Source: Lytechinus pictus
Taxonomy: Eukaryota
Length of the DNA: 64,000 bases
Assembly (NCBI RefSeq): GCF_037042905.1
Contig: NC_087245.1
Coordinates: 24,306,001 to 24,370,000 of the forward strand
Reading direction: 5' to 3'
Of the stretch, positions 24,396 through 34,300 are shown in pieces. The notes beneath the pieces were generated by a model. The model ran no database searches. It saw nothing but the letters and a program-made list of their open reading frames with translations, and was not told where the DNA came from. How positions within the stretch are numbered: position 1 is the first letter of the stretch; each line of letters begins with the position of its first letter. The translations under genes were made by a program, and so were the position numbers.

Positions 24396-25009
24396 CACAT
24401 TATGATTCTTCACTTATTTTGGGCTTCCTGAGATAATATTTTTCATTTATTTAGACCAATTTCGTATATTCCACTCCTCATGTTATAATGTGAACGGGGC
24501 TTGGTTCGTCACCCGATTTGGATGAGGCCACCAGCGAATTCCATTTCGGACCGAACATTAACGTTGCCTCGTTCACATTCTAGTTCAGGGCCGTTGGTGG
24601 GGCTTCTGAGCACTAGTTTCTGTTTTAAAAGTTTTCCTGCATAAGCTCGTGTTGCAAACGGGAATCTTTGCTTCGTAGCTTTGCAGATGGAATTTTACGT
24701 TGCCCACATTTGGCCAACATGACAAACTGGTGTCTTTGTCATGAATGTGGATGGACTGTTTTAATTGTCAATTGAGGAGATTGGTTTAATAACTTTAATT
24801 TTTCGCATATGACACATCTCAGGAGGCTTTACGTTTATATTATTATGTTTTGATTGTTGCATTATATTATGTTGGCTTTATTTGACAACACACCATTTTG
24901 CATTTTGGTATACATCATTTGGATGATGCTTTTCAGAAACAATTTTTATTAAACTCCACGGAAAATGCATTTACTCGCCTCTCGTGTATTTTGTCTGGGT
25001 TGAGATAAT
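24396..25009 (+). repeat. Split direct repeat B1 (614 bp), copy of B2 at 25677-26290
   Basis: Same sequence at offset 1281; one substitution noticed (24467 T vs 25748 G). Confidence 0.95.
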
Positions 25010-25413
25010 ACCTCTTAACGCGCGAAGCGAGTTAATGAGAGGTTATCTCAGGTCAGACTAGCTGGACAACAACATAGCCCGCCAGCGGTACGTAACAGGT
25101 GTTTTACAAGGAAGGAGCCTGGTCAGGCGAATTCCTTTGCCCTGGCGGAGATATGTTGCGATGCCAAATATGGTATTTTGTCGGACTTCACGAGGAGGCG
25201 TGGCCAAAAAATGTTGCGTTGCGAATTTTGGTATTTTTCGGACATTACAAGGAGGCGTGGCTAAAAATGCTACGTCGCGTTAGCTGACGTGGTAATTTCG
25301 GGAGGGGGCAAAAGCCAATTTCTAACAAGTTAGCATTCTTCTTCGTGGAGTCGATTTGAAAGCATCTTCCATCTCAATTCACCTGTCTTGTGCAACATAC
25401 TTCCTGTATTTTT
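25007..25413 (+). repeat. Split direct repeat A2
   Basis: Copy of 19223-19629. Confidence 0.95.
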
Positions 25414-25676
25414 CCCTCCTCCATCCCCTTGTCACCCCCACTAATTTTCAACGTCAAGATGTTTTGTTTCATGTTATTCATTCTAACCTGAATGTGAGCT
25501 TCGGGCCTTAAGCCTGGTCGCACACCCAAAGTGGGCCGCAAGGTAATTCCATCCAACCTGTTCACCTAATTTTGGATACCTTTTTGTATTTTACTTTGGT
25601 TTACCAGTTTAGTTAATTTATCATCAGGTGTTCAGGGGGGTGTTTTCGCCCTTGCTGGAGCTCGGCCTTTTCCTAT

Positions 25677-26290
25677 CACATTATGATTCTTCACTTATTT
25701 TGGGCTTCCTGAGATAATATTTTTCATTTATTTAGACCAATTTCGTAGATTCCACTCCTCATGTTATAATGTGAACGGGGCTTGGTTCGTCACCCGATTT
25801 GGATGAGGCCACCAGCGAATTCCATTTCGGACCGAACATTAACGTTGCCTCGTTCACATTCTAGTTCAGGGCCGTTGGTGGGGCTTCTGAGCACTAGTTT
25901 CTGTTTTAAAAGTTTTCCTGCATAAGCTCGTGTTGCAAACGGGAATCTTTGCTTCGTAGCTTTGCAGATGGAATTTTACGTTGCCCACATTTGGCCAACA
26001 TGACAAACTGGTGTCTTTGTCATGAATGTGGATGGACTGTTTTAATTGTCAATTGAGGAGATTGGTTTAATAACTTTAATTTTTCGCATATGACACATCT
26101 CAGGAGGCTTTACGTTTATATTATTATGTTTTGATTGTTGCATTATATTATGTTGGCTTTATTTGACAACACACCATTTTGCATTTTGGTATACATCATT
26201 TGGATGATGCTTTTCAGAAACAATTTTTATTAAACTCCACGGAAAATGCATTTACTCGCCTCTCGTGTATTTTGTCTGGGTTGAGATAAT
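25677..26290 (+). repeat. Split direct repeat B2
   Basis: Copy of 24396-25009; ends at TTGAGATAAT. Confidence 0.95.
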
Positions 26291-27202
26291 GCGATATCTA
26301 GTTTATCACAATACAGCGAATGAAAATATTACTTTGAATCTATCAAACTAGTTTAAAAATTTATGATTTTACTCAATCATGGAAAATTTATGCATGTCGT
26401 GTTTATAATTCTTGATACAGTGAATTGCCTTTTCAAAAGATATCATATAAAAAGGACATAAAAGAAAATAACAGACAGTATTAAGCTTAATAATTGCATA
26501 AGATCGTTCTTTGAAAAGGGTAATGTCAAGTTTCAATCTTTGACTAATTTAATTTTATTTAAATCTACTTGTATCCCGGAGTTAATAATCACTTTCAGTT
26601 ATCAAAAACAGTTACCATATGCGATTCCTCTCTATAATATTACTGCAGGAATTCTTTCGTCTGTGTAAAACGGGTGAAACAGTAGTATCGCCGTCTTGAA
26701 CCAGGAGGACAATAGACAAAGCCAATAAATGAGTTAAGTAAACCAAAAATATTATTATTATATTATATATAACCAAGAATATTAAACCTGAGTAGTCCCT
26801 CGCAGGTCTGTGAGTGGTCAATTATAATTTATGTTTCAATAATTCCTTTTTTTTACTTCAGGTTTACCCTTCACTCAGAATTCAAGACACACTTATATTT
26901 GGTCCATCCGATCATCATGACAGCAGAAAGTATGTAAACATCGATTTATTTATTTTTGTATGAATAAAAAACAAAAAACAGAGACAGAGAGGATACGTTA
27001 TCACCGGCTCACTATCCATGTTAAGTGTACCACTGTCTTGTAAAACTCTAAATTTACGAGATCTTAATATTCACAGGTTTTCAATTAAGTGTTGTGCGTG
27101 TGTCGATGTTTATTGACTTAGCGTTTAAAGAGTAAAGATGTTTATTGGTTCTCTTTACAGGATGTGCGTAAGTGATGGCAATTAGAACATGACAGTTTGG
27201 TT

Positions 27203-29062
27203 TTAGTAACTCGCATACGAATAATTTGACAGTTCATGGCAACTCGATGTCTTTCGACGAGGGGGTTTCAGATTTCCACCCATTTCATCACTGGTAGCAT
27301 ACACGTACACTCCAATATCATCTTCCACTACCATGCTCGGAACGAGGTAACCACTTTTGTCCACCTGGTCCTCTTGCCATGATCTTGCGGATATCGTTTT
27401 CTTGCTTTCTACCAGAACTTCTGTTGGTGGATAGTGTGCTCTGGGGTTCCTTGAATTTTTGGCACGGAGGACAATTGGGCTCTCATCACCAACGCCTTGC
27501 GCCCCGTCAGGTAATAGATAGTCATCGTCATCCGATATGCAAATGGGAAGTTTCATCCCGATCGAGTCTGTGGATTGACTTTCGTTTAAGTTGGAACGGG
27601 TCTTTCCTTGCGCAGGATGGTTGACCCGTGGAACGAGAGCCGGGGATTTTCTTACTTGAATATCCGGACCACTTGCTCCCTTTTCTGCAGGGCTGGGATG
27701 CTTGGCTCTCTTTGTGATGTTACGGCTCAGAATGTCTTTCATTGACACATACACTGGCATTTTCCGATTTTCGTTTTTGTTGGCTCCTTCTTTTTGAGTC
27801 ACAGATACATTATTACGCTTTCTCGTCTTGCAAATGAAAATAAGAAAGCAGAAAGTAATAACAAATAAAACTGATACCGAAACAATTAAAGGTAAAACTA
27901 TAGTCATACCAAATGTTTTATCAAGAATATTGGTAGATCTTTTGTGAGAATGGTCAGAAAAATGAGACATGATTGTTAATAGTGCTTCCGATATCAAGAT
28001 GTTCTCATTTTGGTCCTCACTTATCAGTTGACAGCTGACAATCAGTGGTTCGTCTGTAAGTACCTGAATGTCTTTTATCATCAGCATGCTTGCTTTGTTG
28101 GACTGCGTTATCTCCATTTTACTGATAAGGTCTCCTGGATCATACAATCTTGAAGACACGTTCCAATGAAACGTTCCGTTGGGTGCTTCCAAACTTGCGA
28201 TGCAGACAAACATGGCATTCATTCCCTGCTGAATAACACTGTACAATGGATCAATCCGGACACCTTGGCGACGAACTTGAGCCAATAACCCCGATCGTTT
28301 ATTTTGCATATAAGAGCAGGTCTCTTCAAAACGACCCTCGCCTATCATCCCGTTCAAGGCGCATGTGAAATTAAAGCATTCTTCGATATTGTTGAGCATC
28401 ACCCTTGCCGTCACTATCTCACCAACAAAGTACTTGCTCAGGAGTTCCTTACCATTGCAGAACAACGTCGGCCATGCGTCAGGATGATCTTGAGCAGACC
28501 AGCTACACCTAACCTCCATCTCCTCTTCGTTTGCATTAATCAGATTCATCATCGGCGGAATATAAGACGCAGAACATTTTAACGAATGTGAAGGATTCGG
28601 TATTTTGGATCGGTCAAAGTCTGAAGTATCAAGCGAACTCGAAAAATCATTTCCAGGAATGACGATCACCTCTCCTGCCCAAAGTACTTGCTTGTCCAAA
28701 CCTATAGAGCTGTAACACATGTAAATACCGCTCACGTCCTCACTCGCCATGTACACATCAAGGTAATATATGCGATTCAAACCATCAACCGTATCAACGC
28801 TTATTCCAAAGTTATCCCAATTGGTCCCATAGTCGAAGAGTATATCATTCTTGCTAATGAAACGGCGATATCGTATGGATAACCAGTAAACGTCATCGTT
28901 GTTGGCGGTTCCTGCTTGGCATTCCATAGTCGCACTTTCGCCAGCATTAACGGTAACTTGTTGAAATTCTACATCACCGATGTCCAGAGAAAGTGCAGTT
29001 ATGCTGTAACAGCTTCCCAAAAGAAACAAAACACCTGTGAAGACCGAAGTTGCTTTCATCAT
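27203..29062 (-). CDS. Intronless Ig-superfamily type I membrane protein with tyrosine-motif cytoplasmic tail (619 aa)
   Basis: Signal peptide; Ig domains (GESATMEC..VYW..SGIYMC; AMFVC..FHW..IVSC); TM IVLPLIVSVSVLFVITFCFLIFIC-KTRKR; tail YVSM, YLLP, YLVP, YVYA. Confidence 0.88.
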   Translation of the reverse strand: MMKATSVFTGVLFLLGSCYSITALSLDIGDVEFQQVTVNAGESATMECQAGTANNDDVYWLSIRYRRFISKNDILFDYGTNWDNFGISVDTVDGLNRIYYLDVYMASEDVSGIYMCYSSIGLDKQVLWAGEVIVIPGNDFSSSLDTSDFDRSKIPNPSHSLKCSASYIPPMMNLINANEEEMEVRCSWSAQDHPDAWPTLFCNGKELLSKYFVGEIVTARVMLNNIEECFNFTCALNGMIGEGRFEETCSYMQNKRSGLLAQVRRQGVRIDPLYSVIQQGMNAMFVCIASLEAPNGTFHWNVSSRLYDPGDLISKMEITQSNKASMLMIKDIQVLTDEPLIVSCQLISEDQNENILISEALLTIMSHFSDHSHKRSTNILDKTFGMTIVLPLIVSVSVLFVITFCFLIFICKTRKRNNVSVTQKEGANKNENRKMPVYVSMKDILSRNITKRAKHPSPAEKGASGPDIQVRKSPALVPRVNHPAQGKTRSNLNESQSTDSIGMKLPICISDDDDYLLPDGAQGVGDESPIVLRAKNSRNPRAHYPPTEVLVESKKTISARSWQEDQVDKSGYLVPSMVVEDDIGVYVYATSDEMGGNLKPPRRKTSSCHELSNYSYASY

Positions 29063-30284
29063 GTCAATTAAAAGTGGGTGTTTTTTTTAAAACTAAAATC
29101 TTAAAAACTGACTGACGGTTATGCAGAGAAGATTATAAGGAGAGGAATAGTAAGTAGGTCTCACTGATCCAACTAAGTGTCCGTCTTCATGTGATGGCCG
29201 TGACGCCAATGATTAATTGTCAGTGTTATTTCAAACAAAGATAATATAAACAGCAGTCATTTCCTCTTTGACTGGACGCTCTTTATAATTGGAGTTAATG
29301 TTTCAACAGAGATTAGAAAACACTACAATGGAAATGATCAGACGATAGGATATTCGACTTGCGGATATTACACAACTTTTATATCCTGATGAAAAATAAA
29401 CTGATTAAGAGGTCACCACGCTTGCCTTCTACCACCGAGTGATGTAGATAATCGTAGTTTCATTTACCATGGTCAGGTAAAATATTTTACCTCTGCATTC
29501 AATGATCAATGACGTCATGGCGGCAAAAGAGGGTGCCATACAGCATGTACAGTTGATGTGAATGCTAACTCTCCAAGGCTTTCCCTTAATGGACCAGCAC
29601 AAATCAAATAAAACTTCACAAAGTCCATAAAAGGTACCTTCAAGATGTTAGGTTGTTTGATTACCATTTATCGAGTATGTTTAAATCCAGTACACATTAG
29701 GTTACGATAATGGTGATAATACAATTCAATAAAGATAATTGTGATGAAAATAAATATCGGTATCAATTCCCATATTCATTAAAAAAATAGATACAGATAA
29801 ATTACTAAATAACTGACGAAGTGGTAAATCTGGAAAGTTATTCTCTAAGTGTTGTATTGATAAAAGGGGACGTTGCCCTTTTAATTAGATAAAGATCAAG
29901 CTCTCGGAACCCACCCCCCCCCCCCACCCCTGGTGTGAAAAATCATTCACGTTTGAACACCTATTGTATACACTAAAATGTTCTTGATTTTGCCAAATTA
30001 AGTTAAAATTTTTGCTTGAAGCCGTTGCATTTTTATTTTATCCTTACAGCGAGGCTCGGAAAAGACTGGAATTGCGATTTCAGTATTCATATCAATGTTC
30101 GGAACATTCATTCTTCATATCAAATTTCATTACAATTTATTTGAAATCGGATTGCAACGGATCGCTGTAATGTGCATCGGACTTTATTCTAAAACTCCAA
30201 TTTGACAAAAAAAGGTGAAGCGATTGTATATATTTCTTAGTTATGTAGAAAGAGGCATTTGAAGGGTTTGAAGCTAAAATATTG

Positions 30285-31344
30285 TCATTTAGAGGAAACG
30301 CGATTCGCCACAGTGTACAAATATGGGTTGATTGATGAATTGATGGGTAGGACAAAGACTACAAGCCAGGCATAGATATCAGGGGTCACAACAACCACAT
30401 CGGCCTGGACTAGGATTCCAATGACAATGATTGGCATCCAACAGCACAGATCAGTTCCAACAATGAGGAACATCTTGCTGGCCATCTTCACCTGATCTAG
30501 GGACTTTGACTTCCGGCCAGCACTCCTTCCAGCGAAGTACACCTTGATGAAAACTGCTATGTAGCACAAGCAGATCACCACAAAGTTGAGCAGATTAACA
30601 CCAAGGAAGAGGGCAATCGCATACTGCCAAGTGGGAATCGATGTCCCAGAAATAATGGCGAATTCGGTAAAGCCGTACATCGACTTGGTGTAAGTATCTA
30701 CTGCGGCATACAGATCAATCTGCTTGCGGATGAGGGGAAGACCAACGCAAACGTCACTGAGACTGTATGCGTCGGTGTTCAAAAAGCCAAATGCGATTGA
30801 AATGCTACTGACCAGAAGAGCCAGTGCCCAGGTGAAGCCAGAGAAAACACGAGCAGAGACAACCCCCAGTCGCTTTTGACTGAAGGGAAATACAATGCAG
30901 ACTAATCGATCAACTGAAATGAGAGTGATAAGAAACACGGATGCCTCACTGCTTAAGACGGAGATGAATCCTGCAATTTGACAGGTATTGCTCTTTCGCC
31001 ATTCTTCGGATCTACCCTCCCAGAAGTAGGAATCCCCTATGTATATATCCATTACAGCTAAGATGATCATATAGACACCCATCAGAAAATCGGACACAGC
31101 TAAGTTGGTAATCAGTGTTGACTGAACAGAAGATATAGTGGTTTCGTGCTTGGTTCGCAACCTCATGATAATGACAAACGCGTTGCCAACCAAAGCGCTG
31201 AGACCGAGTATCCAGATAAACACCTTGATGGTTGTGTTTTGAAGAAATGTCTTGCGGCAGGTAAAGAGTGGGTGTGGTGGTTCTCTATTTACACATTCAG
31301 CACCAACCGGACGTAGACAGCACAGTCTTGGGTCATACACATGT
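30285..31344 (-). CDS. Terminal exon: hinge plus rhodopsin-type 7TM domain
   Basis: DPRLCC hinge, LVGN, NLAVSDFLMG, SVDR, TDLCCWMP, INPYLY. Confidence 0.95.
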
Positions 31345-34300
31345 CTGTATGAAAAAATACAGTTATATTGATCTATTGTTACAATCCCATTATATCAATA
31401 CGCGTTTGAGACACAACGCAGGCACTAAGTACGAAAACTAAAATAAGAGAAAATAATTGCGATGGAAGAAATTTCCAAATCCAAACATTGAATCGAATTT
31501 CGTCTAATATTCGAAAAACATATAACAGGAATCGAATTTGTTTGACAAAAACTAAAGACAAGGGGTAAAAAAAAATGATCGTGATTAACCAAGAGAAATA
31601 CGTATCACACAAGCATAGGCGGGGGTCCCCCCTAAATTTGAGGTGGGGGACGATCCCTCCCCCTAAATTTTTCGTTGATGACCTTTTTTTTTTTTTTTTT
31701 TTTTTTTTTTGCTTGTCAAAAATTGTTTTCGGTTCCCCCAAAAATGTTGGTTGATATGTAACTTTTTTTAGTTTTGCTTGTTAACATTTTTTGGTGGTCC
31801 CCCCTAAATTGTTTGGCTTCCGCCGCCAATGCACACAAGTAATACTTACAAAACCTTTAGATTCACAAGGCCTTCGAAAAGCTCGGGATAGAGAAGCATT
31901 GGTTTTGAGGATCTGGTCATTATACGCCTTTAAAGATAATAATAATAATAATATTGTTATTGAGACTACTGGTTACCCGTCTGAATCAACAAAATTTAGA
32001 TGACATCCATACACAGGATGAGAGGTAAAACCAACATTTAATAGAAGTCATAGAAACATTTTCCATCTGATTTTATTCAAATCCTTGAGTGGAATAATAA
32101 TACTACTGTCATTGGTGATTCTGCAAGAAGAGAATGCATTCCATTTTTGCAAACGAGAGAGACTTATTATCTTGGCTTTTAAGATTTATTTCTTTTACGG
32201 AATATTCGTCTTTTAAATTTGATGTTAGTCGTTGACAACGGAAATTATGTTGTTAAAAATTACCCCCCTCGTCCGAGAAAGGAAACATTTTTTTTTATTA
32301 CTTCTTCAATATTGGCACGTTTTTATTTGAAATACTCATTACGTAGGCGAAAATTTACTCTGATGCCCCAAGAGGGTTTTGAGTGTTAATAAACTTTCAA
32401 CTTTCACACTTTCAAACATCAACATAAACCAAAAAAATGCTCTATAATAATACGATATAATATTGGCAAGATCATACATGCCTCAATGTTTTTACTTTGA
32501 CATTTATTTTATTCATGTACTTACAAATCTGTAAGTTGAGGTTGGTCGCGAAAGGTCCCCGGTTCAATGAAGTAGATAGGGTTGCGGACCAATACCCTTG
32601 GGAGAAAAGCAAATATATAGAGAAATTCTTCAAGAAATTCATTAAAAAAATGTCGGTGTGTTATTCTCTTAGATTATGTAGGTTTGGAATTGAACGTTAC
32701 CAAATCCATCCATCTGTTTGTTTTTGAAAATCTTGAACCCATCTCCTACGGTTTAACGTTGTACAGATGATTATACTGCCTCTTGAAAATCAGAACCTAT
32801 CTCATGCAGGGGTGTAATTTAACAGCAGACTGTCGTCTTAAATGTTAAAGTCAAGAAGTTATTACAAATCGATTGGCCATCAGTGAGTTTACCGGCTATA
32901 TGGAGTTATAAACTTCTAACCTTCTTTTAATCGTCTTTTGATGAGTGATTGATAGTAAGCATGTTTCAATTGATTCTCAAGCCTTTTTTATGTCACTTTC
33001 TTCGATTTTATCCTGGATGCATTTTAGATGACTAATCGATAAACTCAAGTGATGTATTTATTTGTGGTAAAGACCGTAACATGGACTCACAACATGATAA
33101 ACTGCTCCCCCATTCCTTCCAGTATTGAAGCATTGAAGGATGTCATCAGGTTGTCCTCCAGAATCCTTGTTAACAAAAAATGTCAAGAGAAGACATTTGA
33201 ATCAGTAATAGTTTCTTCACCGTTCCTATTCTAAATACTAATTTTGCCAGAGCAAAAACATTAAAATTTCGCCGTTTCAATTTAATTCGCTTCAATTTGC
33301 GATACTCACATCCTGAAAATAATCAACTTTTTTTCAACCCACATTTCTAAGAATTTATGCCTTACCAATCCCAAAATCATTAGTCGCCCACAAATCAAAT
33401 CAACATATTAATTATGATCCTTTTCTTTGGAATTATTTACCTACATGAGCTGAAACATAAATAATCCGCACTTAATGCCATGTTAGATCATCGTCTAGCA
33501 TATAAATCACTAATTCTATTCTCTGATATTTTTTTTAACATTTCTCCTTTATTCATTATTTCTCCTATTTTCACTGTAGCTTTATTAATGCAGCGGTATC
33601 ATACTGGAACCCTTTCTCCTCAATTAATGAATATGTTTTCTTTCAATTGTAATATACATAATCACTATACAAGGTCTTCAAGACAACTTCACAGATGAAA
33701 TTACAAGAATGACTTATCTAAATTTTCATTGCGTCACACTGGTCCCACAATATGGAATAGTCTGAATCTTGAACAATTTAATATTACCTTTCATGATATT
33801 TTTAAAAAGCAATATAAAAATAAACTGATCCAAAGTTACTAAGATCCTCATCGTACTATAAATTTCCATTAGGTTTGCTTTGTGTCTTGTTGTTGATGTT
33901 TTTTTTTTTTTGTCTTTGCTTTTGTTCTTTTGCTACTTGCCACATCCATATATTACAATTATTTTAAGAATCAATTTACTTTGGGTGTGTGCGTTTTAAC
34001 AAGCCTTCTCCTGGCTTTTTTAGTGCACTCATGTTTCCCATTCATTTATCCTTCGTCTTGTTTTATATTGTTTCAATGATCTGGCAACAATACTTTGATT
34101 ATCACTTTCGCTTGTATTTATTTATGTTTTAATGATATGTTTTAATTTCTATTGTCTTCTTTGTTTGTACATGATCATGATATCAACTTGCATTTTTGAT
34201 GAATTGGAAATAAATGCTGAATTGAATTGAATTGAATATATTGTTGTCTTCCTGTAAATTTACTTGCAATTTACCCCCATTTGTACGAGCTTTTCTGCAA

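Larger units (their letters stand above)
19223..26290 (+). mobile_element. Full-length Ngaro-type (DIRS order) tyrosine-recombinase retrotransposon
   Basis: Split direct repeats A1 19223-19629, B1 24396-25009, A2 25007-25413, B2 25677-26290; three overlapping intact ORFs (gag, RT-RNaseH, YR); no methyltransferase; AAT at both ends and at the B1/A2 junction. Confidence 0.93.

Noticed and set aside
32035..32120. Extra LRR exon of the GPCR
   Set aside because: An acceptor-like site is present, but the frame hits a stop and has no LRR pattern or donor; the gene is in frame without it
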